Shown here piece by piece: positions 1 through 6,313 of a DNA stretch of 7,138 bases (position 1 is its first letter; the number at the start of each line of letters is the position of its first letter). The translations under genes were made by a program, and so were the position numbers. The stretch is from a virus (Duplodnaviria; Heunggongvirae; Uroviricota; Caudoviricetes), in IMG/VR virus record IMGVR_UViG_2711768034_000004; one strand, 5' to 3'. The notes under the pieces were generated by a model that saw nothing but the letters and a program-made list of their open reading frames with translations, searched no databases and was not told the origin of the DNA.

Positions 1-206
1 GGAACAACCTGTTCTCCGGCGGCGACAGCAGTAAGACTTCCTTCCTGGTATTGCTTACGCCAGAGAAATAACTGGCTGGCTGCTACACCATGTTGCCGGG
101 CAACGAGGGAGACCGTCATCCCCGGTTCAAAGCTCTGCTGAACAATTGCGATCTTTTCCTGTGTGGTACGCCGTCTGCGTTTCTCCGGCCCTAAGACATC
201 AATCAT
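1..206 (-). CDS. insC: IS2 transposase OrfA (InsC), N-terminal 68 codons; partial, 3' end outside window
   Basis: ATG at 204-206 on minus strand, preceded by GGAGAACAG. Translation [68 protein letters not shown] matches recalled IS2 OrfA. Absent from the ORF track because there is no stop in the window. Confidence 0.85.
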
Positions 207-297
207 CTGTTCTCCAATGACTAGTCTAAAAACTAGTATTAAGACTATCACTTATTTAAGTGATATTGGTTGTCTGGAGATTCAGGGGGCCAGTCTA
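1..297 (-). mobile_element. IS2 insertion sequence, left-end portion (terminal inverted repeat plus start of orfA); element continues past window start
   Basis: Reverse complement of 1-297 reads TAGACTGGCCCCCTGAATCTCCAGACAACCAATATCACTTAAATAAGTGATAGTCTTAATACTAGTTTTTAGACTAGTCATTGGAGAACAGATGATTGATG..., which I recognise as the IS2 left terminus. Terminal CCAGTCTA lies at 290-297; flanking sequence changes character at 298. Confidence 0.88.
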
Positions 298-3119
298 GTT
301 AACGACCTGACAGTTATATCCTGATTCCATCCGGAAACAACAACCTGACTCCACGCTGTCCAGTTTCCATTAACAACAAAGCGAACGTATATACGTTTTG
401 TGTCGCTGTTAATCAGCGTTTGCATGTTCGCATAATCTGAATCCCTAACCTTACGAGTCGACTCTACACGGAGCAAAAAGTTACCGGCTATGCCGTCAGG
501 CTTATTGGTAATATTTGCACCACCTGCAGAGGATGGACAAATATAGTATTTAACTGCCCCGGCATCTGACTTGATGATGGTCAGGTTGTTAAGATTAACC
601 GTCTGGCCGTCAATGTTTTCCGGCTCGATGGCTCCTGCTATCCCGGCACTGAACGTAGCAACGGCTGAAAACGCTGTCGTACCTTTGAAAGCCAGTTGAC
701 CACCAATCGTTAATCCCTTGTCGAGTTTCGCTTGCGTGATCAATTTGCTGTTTTGTTTCTGATCAGGACTCTCACCAAAAGCCAGATCCCCATTAGTATC
801 AATTCCAAGATACTTTGGGTTCATGTTGTCTAACTTAAACCCAATGGACACATTTTCAGAAGAACCAGAACGCGTTAAAACCAACGGCGTGTGCTGTACT
901 CCATAGATGCTGAGCGTAGTTGCCGATGAGTCAGTGTCGGTATTTGCAATCTCAATCGTTCTGCTTTTAATTTTATACGCTACTGTGAGATCACGGACTT
1001 CAACCCTCCCGTCGTGACGAACAACAAGATCCCCTCCTGATGTCCCCCCTGCTGTCTTTGCCCTGATGCGAACTTCGCCAAGCGAATCAGTGTTAGGACC
1101 AGCATAGATTATGCCGCGCTCTGTGTTATCGCCAGTATAAAACCGCAAAGCGGTGACTCCACTGTCTGCCCGCAGGAAGACTGACGGTGTACCTTTTTTG
1201 ATTGTCAAGTCACAGGTCATTGTATCGCCGGTTTTTTTTACCTGCGCATCGTTCGTTACGTTGCCAAGTCCAACATCCGATTTCGACGGCTTGTTTGCCG
1301 AGCCGTATAGCTCATTGATGCTAAAAGTCCCGTTGTTAAGCCGGGCATCGTTGCCGGCATAGATCTTAATCTTCGCGGTTGAGTAGTCGATATTGATCGC
1401 TGACCACGTATCGCCGCACCGCGAGAATATACCAGAACCGTGGCTATAAATGGTCGCCGTGCTTCCGGTCGGCTTATCACCGCGCCAGAAATGACCACCT
1501 TTGTCACGCAGAGCTTTTAAGATCTCTACATCGCTCATCTTGCCGTTTGTTGATATCCCGCTACCGCCAAGACCGAAAGCGCCTGTAAGCATAGCATTAG
1601 AAAGACCCAAATCTGCTTTAGTCGGCTTGTTTAACTGGTCGTAAATCCTTACAACGGGGCTTTCAACATATCCAGAAGGCGCGGCGGTTTGCTTAACAAA
1701 TCCGTCTGGAATGTATAATTCCGTGCGTGCCGTCTGCGCCAGTACCGCAACCTTTGCGCCGTTGATAAATGCACGCTGGAAGGCCCAAACCTCAATAAAG
1801 CCATCATCTTTAACCAGGCCGTAACGCATTTGCATGCTATTGATTAGCCCGGTTGGCCCTAAACGGCGTATACTCAGGTAACGAGATACATTATCAGCAG
1901 TAAGCGAAGAAGGCAGACCGCGCGCCGAGATCTCGATAAAGTCAATGTTTCCGTAAGGGGAGCCGTAGTCACCGCCGTTAGTAACCATTAGCGTTACATG
2001 GCAATTGTTGCTTCCGGGATCGGAAAGTTTCGCGATCTTTATGTAAAAAGACTCATTACCAGTAACAACGGGCCAATCGTATTGCGTCATCGGGCTGACG
2101 AGTCCCCCGACCTTGTCGAGATATTCTTTCGCCTTGTTCTCTGACGCTTTAGCGTTGGTTTCGCTGACCTTTGCTGCTGACTCACTATTTTTCGCGTTGG
2201 TTTCTGATTTTTTGGCTGCTGTCGCGGAATTTGCCGATGCAGTTTGTGAGTCTGCTGCCGCCTGTGCGCTGTTATCCGCATTCATCTCAGACGTTTTTGC
2301 GGCCTTCGCGGAATTTCCTGCCGCCGTTGCCGAGGAAGCTGCACTGCCGGCGCTCGAGGCTGCGCTCGTTTCTGATGATTTTGCCGCCACTTTTGAAGCC
2401 GACGCATCCCGGGCTGAGGTGGCAGCTTCTGACGCTTTCGTGGTCGCGGTGGATGCAGAAGTGGCCGCAGATTTTTGTGATGCTGCGGCATTCGTTTCTG
2501 ACGTTTTCGCTGCACCGGCACTGGTGGCTGCCGCGCTTTTTGAAGACTCTGCAGCGGCAGCACTTTTTGATGCTTCAGTAGCCTTTGTTGATGCCGTTCC
2601 TGCGCTGGAAGACGCTGACTGAGCCGACGACGCGGCCTGTCCGGCTGACGTGCTGGCTGCGCGTGCGGAGTCCGCAGCATCAGTCGCATGGGTTGCCGCC
2701 TCACGGGCTGATGTGCGGGCATCACTGGCTGACTTCTTCGCGGCTGCCGTGTTCTGTGCCACTGCGGACGCGTTACGCGCCACCTCTTCCACCATCAGTT
2801 CAAAGCGGCGCAGTGCCTCCGGACGGACATCATCCTCCGTCATGGCACCGAGAAAATCATTCAGCGTACCCGGTTGTGAGTCTTCATACACGGTGATGGT
2901 CCCGGCATGCGATGGCGGGAAGCCTTCCACCAACAGAATAACGCTGTACTGACCGTACTCAACGTCCATGCTGTAACGCCCGGCTTCATCCGGGTTTTCT
3001 GAGGCCACTGTGTTCACCACCACCGTGGTGCTGTTGCGCCTGGCCTTTAGCTGAATGGTGCAGTTTTGTATCGGCTTACCTGCGCCATCTTTCAGTACAC
3101 CTGAAATCCGTACTGCCAT
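282..3119 (-). CDS. stf: Lambdoid side tail fiber protein (lambda Stf homolog), 945 aa as read; 3' end interrupted by IS2, which supplies the last 4-5 codons and the stop
   Basis: N-terminal ~110 aa (MAVRISGVLKDGAGKPIQNCTIQLKARRNSTTVVVNTV...GRYSMDVEYGQYSVIL...FPPSHAGTITVYEDSQPGTLNDFL) is near-identical to recalled lambda Stf (orf-401) N-terminus. This is followed by an Ala/Ser/Thr-rich repeat region and a ~600 aa distal domain. ATG at 3117-3119 is preceded by a G-run RBS. The ORF reads across the IS2 boundary at 297/298: ...VRSLT then RLAP-stop from IS2. Confidence 0.85.
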   Translation of the reverse strand: MAVRISGVLKDGAGKPIQNCTIQLKARRNSTTVVVNTVASENPDEAGRYSMDVEYGQYSVILLVEGFPPSHAGTITVYEDSQPGTLNDFLGAMTEDDVRPEALRRFELMVEEVARNASAVAQNTAAAKKSASDARTSAREAATHATDAADSARAASTSAGQAASSAQSASSSAGTASTKATEASKSAAAAESSKSAAATSAGAAKTSETNAAASQKSAATSASTATTKASEAATSARDASASKVAAKSSETSAASSAGSAASSATAAGNSAKAAKTSEMNADNSAQAAADSQTASANSATAAKKSETNAKNSESAAKVSETNAKASENKAKEYLDKVGGLVSPMTQYDWPVVTGNESFYIKIAKLSDPGSNNCHVTLMVTNGGDYGSPYGNIDFIEISARGLPSSLTADNVSRYLSIRRLGPTGLINSMQMRYGLVKDDGFIEVWAFQRAFINGAKVAVLAQTARTELYIPDGFVKQTAAPSGYVESPVVRIYDQLNKPTKADLGLSNAMLTGAFGLGGSGISTNGKMSDVEILKALRDKGGHFWRGDKPTGSTATIYSHGSGIFSRCGDTWSAINIDYSTAKIKIYAGNDARLNNGTFSINELYGSANKPSKSDVGLGNVTNDAQVKKTGDTMTCDLTIKKGTPSVFLRADSGVTALRFYTGDNTERGIIYAGPNTDSLGEVRIRAKTAGGTSGGDLVVRHDGRVEVRDLTVAYKIKSRTIEIANTDTDSSATTLSIYGVQHTPLVLTRSGSSENVSIGFKLDNMNPKYLGIDTNGDLAFGESPDQKQNSKLITQAKLDKGLTIGGQLAFKGTTAFSAVATFSAGIAGAIEPENIDGQTVNLNNLTIIKSDAGAVKYYICPSSAGGANITNKPDGIAGNFLLRVESTRKVRDSDYANMQTLINSDTKRIYVRFVVNGNWTAWSQVVVSGWNQDITVRSLTRLAP
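2130..2780 (-). repeat. Low-complexity Ala/Ser/Thr/Lys-rich repetitive segment inside stf (about aa 114-330)
   Basis: Translated segment AAAKKSASDARTSAREAATHATDAADSARAASTSAGQAASSAQSASSSAGTASTKATEASKSAAAAESSKSAAATSAGAAKTSETNAAASQKSAATSAS... consists of degenerate short periodic motifs, as in lambda Stf / T4 gp37-type fiber shafts. It generates several long spurious ORFs on the opposite strand and in other frames. Confidence 0.7.
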
Positions 3120-3130
3120 ATTCCCCCCAC

Positions 3131-3155
3131 AAAAAAACCCGCCTGAACCGGCGGG
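3131..3155 (-). terminator. Candidate rho-independent terminator between lom remnant and stf
   Basis: Plus strand A7 (3131-3137) then CCCGCC (3138-3143), 6-nt loop, GGCGGG (3150-3155). On the minus-strand RNA this is a 6-bp GC stem followed by U7, 29 nt after the lom stop and immediately upstream of the stf RBS. Confidence 0.5.
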
Positions 3156-3183
3156 CTGTCATAACACTGTGTTACCTGGCTAA

Positions 3184-3384
3184 TCAGAATTTATAACCGA
3201 CACCCACGATGAAACCGTCAGTGCGCCAGTCACCACTGCCGGAACCTTCATAAGCAATATCAATGGCCACGGATTCGGTCGGGTTAAACTGCACGCCAGC
3301 CCCCCACGCCAGAGACGTGTTGCTGTGGCGACCGTCATCACTTCCGGTCAGCACATCGTGCGTTTTCCCCTTGTTGTCAGTTAG
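3184..3384 (-). pseudogene. lom: lom (Ail/Lom-family outer membrane protein) C-terminal fragment, about 65 codons, no start codon
   Basis: Minus-strand translation ends ...SLAWGAGVQFNPTESVAIDIAYEGSGSGDWRTDGFIVGVGYKF-stop (stop at 3184-3186), matching recalled lambda Lom C-terminus ...SVAWSAGIQINPAASVVVDIAYEGSGSGDWRTDGFIVGVGYKF. The frame is closed upstream by a stop at 3418-3420 with no ATG, so the N-terminal two thirds of lom are missing. Confidence 0.75.
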
Positions 3385-3829
3385 ACGGTCATGGCATCCA
3401 TGGCTGGCTGAAAATATTCACCGCAGTGCGGACATGGCCAGTACCAGCGGCGGCGGTCACCACGATTGTAAAGGGAAAGAATACCAGTCGTCGGTGGCGC
3501 TTCATGAGGCGACTTACGTCGCCATTTGCTGTCGCAGATGTCACGTCCCGGCGAGCTCTCCACCAGAGTCATCCCGGCGGACATAAATGTGGTGGTACGT
3601 TTTGAGGCCTGGGAGAAACCATCACCCTCGCTGTCGATATTCTCCGGAAAACGGTCGTAATCGGTTAAGGCGACAAACCGGTAACGGGGTTCCCCCTGAC
3701 AGTCGCAGCCACAGGAGTGTTGGCCGCGAGGAGCCGTTTTTTTACTGTGTCCCGGTGAAGCCCAAAGGCCTCGGCGATTTTAAAAACACTCCAGTAATAA
3801 GCATCACCGATCCCGCTCACATTTGACAT
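3381..3829 (-). pseudogene. Terminase / DNA-packaging gene remnant: Nu1-like (Noh) N-terminal HTH segment, frame-disrupted, continuing into a short gpA-like segment; truncated
   Basis: ATG at 3827-3829 with GGAG 6 nt upstream gives MSNVSGIGDAYYWSVFKIAEAFGLHRDTVKKRLLAANTPVAATVRGNPV..., stop at 3665-3667. The segment IAEAFGLHRDTVKKRL...RG resembles lambda Nu1 LADIFGASIRTIQNWQ...LRGGG. A second frame, open 3779 to 3381, continues sensibly: YRFVALTDYDRFPENIDSEGDGFSQASKRTTTFMSAGMTLVESSPGRDICDSKWRRKSPHEAPPTTGILSLYNRGDRRRWYWPCPHCGEYFQPAMDAMTV. Its CPHCGE and ESSPGRD...SKW..KS motifs resemble the lambda gpA region recalled as EGSPTFLGDKRIEGSVWPKS...ACPHCGEE. The two frames meet near 3680-3695, a G/C-run region. 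Confidence 0.5.
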
Positions 3830-3989
3830 AAGCAACTCCATCTGGCAGGTGAAAATCAGGTTTATTTATATATTTCAATTAATTGCAAACTAGTCTAATG
3901 ACAGGGAGAAAAAAATATTGTACAGCTGAAAAGAGAAATAACTTTTAATTATCAATAAATTACCAAACATGCTGCCGCCGCCATGGAAA

Positions 3990-4060
3990 TGCAAAAACTA
4001 GCCTTTTTCCGCGACGCTCCCGCCCCGTGGCAGGGACCCCCACTGGGAGGACCCGACAGC
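3990..4060 (-). other. Candidate cos (cohesive end, cosN-like) site of the ancestral phage
   Basis: Isolated GC-rich block in an AT-rich region. Minus-strand reading GGGGCGGGAGCGTCGCGG (plus 4009-4026) resembles lambda cosN GGGCGGCGACCTCGCGGG, and lies about 200 nt upstream of the Nu1-like start codon (lambda: about 190 nt). An AT-rich tract suitable for cosB/IHF lies between it and the gene. Confidence 0.4.
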
Positions 4061-4391
4061 CTGACAACCGTGACGAGCATCTGAAACAGAGCTTTACATA
4101 ATGGCATGGGGATAATTCAGAAGGACATCACAGCATGCCCACACAAATTAGTGTGAGTGTCCTGTTTCTTACTACGCGCAGGACTGACGAGCATGAGGGG
4201 AAAATACGAGAACCGAAATGCCTTATCTTCAGAAATGCAGCCGGCATCCGAACTGGACGATATTGTAAATTCACCTAAATACGAGGCATTGCTGTAGTTG
4301 AATTGCATTGCTGTATTAGCCTGACAGTGACAGAATACGATATTGACTCTGTCACTTGTGAAATGGTCAGAATGGTTAGCAGTTATGGTGA

Positions 4392-4598
4392 TCAGTCAAC
4401 CACCAGGGAATAATCCTTCGTATTCTTATCGTGCTTTACTAACGCGGCCTCAATTGCCCTGAATGCTTCCAGAGACACTTGATGTTCTATACATGCAATT
4501 ACAACATCCGGGTAACCCATCGAAATGGTGCTATTAAGCATAGTTTTTACACGAACCTGCTCCTGGGAGGGGGCATCAGTGTATTGATCTTTATGCAT
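4392..4598 (-). CDS. Hypothetical small prophage protein (68 aa), possibly ynfO/ydfO-region equivalent; start uncertain
   Basis: [71 protein letters not shown] has balanced, helix-like composition and the same orientation as neighbouring moron genes. No family recognised from memory. Confidence 0.4.
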   Translation of the reverse strand: MHKDQYTDAPSQEQVRVKTMLNSTISMGYPDVVIACIEHQVSLEAFRAIEAALVKHDKNTKDYSLVVD

Positions 4599-4809
4599 TT
4601 TGTCGCTCCATGCGTTTGCTCTTCACTTACGGCTAAAAATATAACGTCAAATCACTCAGCATGAAAGAGTTAAAGATTCAGCGCGTTTCCCTTACATAAT
4701 CTGTCGTTTGTATTCTCTTCAGGCATACCGGAAAGACTAGGTATTGTCACACAACCAATACCATCGACAATCGAGATTTATACCTATTCGGTAATGTTTA
4801 AATATAACA

Positions 4810-4832
4810 AAACCCCGTAAAAACGAGGTTTA
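4810..4832 (-). terminator. Weak candidate terminator downstream of gnsB
   Basis: Imperfect hairpin AAACCTCG/CGGGGTTT (one G-U pair on the minus-strand RNA) with a 6-nt loop, followed by a moderately U-rich tail; about 60 nt past the gnsB stop. Confidence 0.3.
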
Positions 4833-4891
4833 TGGGTAATTTGTATTGTTGAATAGCATCTGATGAGAAATTGATGCTAATACTAAACAGA

Positions 4892-5065
4892 CTAGATTAA
4901 ATCAATCTTGATATCATAGCTTTCAAGACCAGTCATTTTTTCCCGTGCAGTAAACTGGATACTGGTAACTTCTTTCCCGGTCTTTTTCTTAAGCTCAATG
5001 ATTTTTTTTGTTATATATTCAGAAATATCTGCTTCTGTTTTTGTTTTTAACTCTTCAATGTTCAT
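4892..5065 (-). CDS. gnsB: GnsA/GnsB-family protein (57 aa)
   Basis: MNIEELKTKTEADISEYITKKIIELKKKTGKEVTSIQFTAREKMTGLESYDIKIDLI matches the recalled GnsA/GnsB family (FTAREKMTGLESYD motif). RBS AAGAGGAA sits 6 nt upstream of the ATG at 5063-5065. The ORF-track version (88 aa, 4892..5158) uses an upstream in-frame start that I do not favour. Confidence 0.85.
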   Translation of the reverse strand: MNIEELKTKTEADISEYITKKIIELKKKTGKEVTSIQFTAREKMTGLESYDIKIDLI

Positions 5066-5237
5066 CATTTCCTCTTTTAGTCTGTTATGACTTTCCTGGT
5101 ACACAGTAGTGTCAATTATATGGAGCAAACGTATAAAAGATAAGATGAAACATCGCAATAATCAACATACGACGGTCTAAATTTCACACAAACAGATAAA
5201 GATGATTATCATTTATTATCAATGCATTAGAATCAAA

Positions 5238-5429
5238 TCAATTCAAGAGTCTCATTGCTGCTTCCAGAATTTCTTCTGAAGTTACATGTCGATCCGCTGC
5301 TACATAAATGACTTTATGATCTCCGGTCAGAGATGGAAACCCTGCAGCCATTACAGTGAGGTGTGTTGTTTCGCCATTTGGATATTCACGCATGATGGTG
5401 TTAACTCCGGTCATCACTGGCACTACCAT
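5238..5429 (-). CDS. Hypothetical small protein (up to 63 aa), ynfN-like by position in a Qin-type layout; start codon uncertain (in-frame ATGs at codons 1, 6 and 13)
   Basis: ORF MVVPVMTGVNTIMREYPNGETTHLTVMAAGFPSLTGDHKVIYVAADRHVTSEEILEAAMRLLN lies between gnsB and cspI on the same strand. GGAG is found 11 nt upstream of the third ATG only. Confidence 0.45.
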   Translation of the reverse strand: MVVPVMTGVNTIMREYPNGETTHLTVMAAGFPSLTGDHKVIYVAADRHVTSEEILEAAMRLLN

Positions 5430-5511
5430 TGCTGGTTCAGAGTTAAAAAAACTATTATTTTTTTCATAATGTTACCGTAATATGTGAGTATCCATCGACT
5501 AGACACTAAGC

Positions 5512-5531
5512 AAAAAAGCTCCCGAAGGAGC
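5512..5531 (-). terminator. Rho-independent terminator (minus strand) with UUCG tetraloop
   Basis: Plus strand A6 (5512-5517), GCTCC (5518-5522), CGAA, GGAGC (5527-5531). On the minus-strand RNA: GCUCC-UUCG-GGAGC followed by U6. It begins 9 nt after the stop of the 5540-5794 ORF. Confidence 0.6.
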
Positions 5532-5539
5532 CTTCATTT

Positions 5540-5755
5540 TCACTTTCTTAAATCTAACGATAGACGGCTAACATTTAAGTATTGTGAAATATTATCAAAT
5601 GTAATCATCATTGATTTACAAAAGATACATTTTGCCCCGAAAGGATTCCTGTCAGAAACATCAAAAGATGATGTTCTATACTGAGAACCATGGCAACACG
5701 GGCATCTAAAGTGAATATGGTTTGTAATATTTTCTACCTCAAAGTGCCACAACAT
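5540..5755 (-). CDS. Candidate Ogr/Delta-like zinc-finger protein (71 aa from ATG at 5755; 84 aa if TTG at 5794 is used), overlapping the 3' end of cspI
   Basis: Translation ...[46 protein letters not shown]... has a C-x2-C-x21-C-x2-C arrangement with a conserved RTS after the first Cys pair, resembling recalled P2 Ogr (CPLCQHAAHARTSRYITDTTKERYHQCQNVNCSATFITYESVQRY). A strong terminator follows immediately. Caveats: AT-rich region, start overlaps cspI by at least 17 nt, no clear RBS. Confidence 0.4.
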   Translation of the reverse strand: MLWHFEVENITNHIHFRCPCCHGSQYRTSSFDVSDRNPFGAKCIFCKSMMITFDNISQYLNVSRLSLDLRK

Positions 5756-5951
5756 GAACAGCCGCGGGGCCTTTAGGTCCGTTCTCAATACCAAATTCGA
5801 CTTCCTGATTCTCAGTTAACGTTTTGAAATCGTTGCTCTGAATAGCTGAGAAATGGACAAACACATCTTTGCTACCATCTTTCGGCGTGATGAAACCAAA
5901 ACCTTTTTCAGGGTTAAACCATTTCACTAAACCAGTCATTGTGTTAGACAT
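5739..5951 (-). CDS. cspI: CspA-family cold-shock protein (70 aa), CspI-like
   Basis: [70 protein letters not shown] carries the cold-shock domain RNP motifs (KGFGFI, VFVHF) and is nearly identical to recalled CspI. The ORF track begins one Met earlier (5954). Confidence 0.9.
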   Translation of the reverse strand: MSNTMTGLVKWFNPEKGFGFITPKDGSKDVFVHFSAIQSNDFKTLTENQEVEFGIENGPKGPAAVHVVAL

Positions 5952-6200
5952 CATTATTACCTTTTGAAGAAGTTAGCCCTTGGGCAGAATGATCCGAAAA
6001 AAATATCAGAGAGAAAAACCAAAAAGGAAATCTCAAGAGGTACAAATAATAAAATTATAACAATGACTGCTTCAGATAATTTTGTAACAAACCAGAACAC
6101 CATTAACGCATGATTAACCAACCATAGCAAGGATTACTTTTGTAAAGAAAAACACACGAATGAAACAATAGCTTTATTTATTAATAAAACGTGTCATTCT
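5952..6200 (-). promoter_or_regulatory. Long AT-rich 5' leader and promoter region of cspI
   Basis: About 250 nt of AT-rich non-coding sequence upstream of cspI, with ...CTTCAAAAGGTAATA-ATG similar to the cspA leader end (AAAGGTAATACACT-ATG). A possible cold-box-like AATGACACG lies near 6190-6200 on the minus strand. Boundaries are approximate. Confidence 0.35.
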
Positions 6201-6313
6201 GTCTAATGACCTTTTATCTTACCCTTAAGATTTCAAGGATTTTGACTCATGGAAGAGTCCTTTTTATTTAAATTTCACATTCAGCGCTAAAAATAATCCG
6301 ATTTAATATTAAT

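Noticed and set aside
2113-2622. Plus-strand ORF of 169 aa (and overlapping 2171..2581, 2585..2896, 2650..2952, 1153..1362) inside stf
   Set aside because: Antisense or alternate-frame shadows of the GC-rich, repetitive Ala/Ser/Thr-coding stretch of stf. Translations are low-complexity (Ala/Phe/Asp/Val runs) with no start context.
2282-2725. Minus-strand ORFs 2282..2725 (147 aa), 2087..2281 and 1256..1507 in alternate frames within stf
   Set aside because: Out-of-frame overlaps of the stf coding sequence with extreme Arg/Pro/Gln-rich composition, typical of frame shadows in GC-rich repeats.
3263-3826. Plus-strand ORFs 3263..3586 (107 aa) and 3587..3826 (79 aa)
   Set aside because: Antisense to the lom and terminase remnants, whose minus-strand frames show recognisable homology. 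Plus-strand translations are Arg/Pro/Cys-rich with no homology signal.
4117-4308. Minus-strand ORF of 63 aa in the cos-proximal intergenic region
   Set aside because: No RBS, Ser-rich odd composition, and the in-frame upstream extension also lacks protein-like character. It overlaps the region I interpret as non-coding cos-flanking DNA. I cannot fully exclude a small gene.
3840-4400. Possible small RNA or tRNA in the GC-rich island
   Set aside because: No cloverleaf-compatible structure or tRNA-like conserved boxes were seen. The sequence and position fit a cos site better.
4479-4664. Plus-strand ORF of 61 aa antisense to the 4392..4598 gene
   Set aside because: Antisense shadow, hydrophobic low-complexity translation, no RBS.
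4892-5158. Extended 88-aa version of gnsB starting at ATG 5158
   Set aside because: The N-terminal 31 residues (MRCFILSFIRLLHIIDTTVYQ...) are not part of the GnsA/B family. A strong RBS precedes the internal ATG at 5065, which gives the canonical 57-aa protein.
5286-5480. Plus-strand ORF of 64 aa antisense to the ynfN-like gene
   Set aside because: Antisense shadow, Cys/Trp/His-rich implausible composition.
5484-5684. Plus-strand ORF of 66 aa (GTG start) opposite the Ogr-like ORF
   Set aside because: It reads through the terminator hairpin, lacks an RBS, and shows no motif. The minus-strand alternative has a zinc-ribbon pattern and a properly placed terminator.
6245-6275. Plus-strand hairpin GACTC-N6-GAGTC followed by a T-run, resembling a terminator
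   Set aside because: There is no plus-strand gene upstream to terminate, and on the minus strand it lacks a U-tract. More likely part of the AT-rich cspI promoter region.
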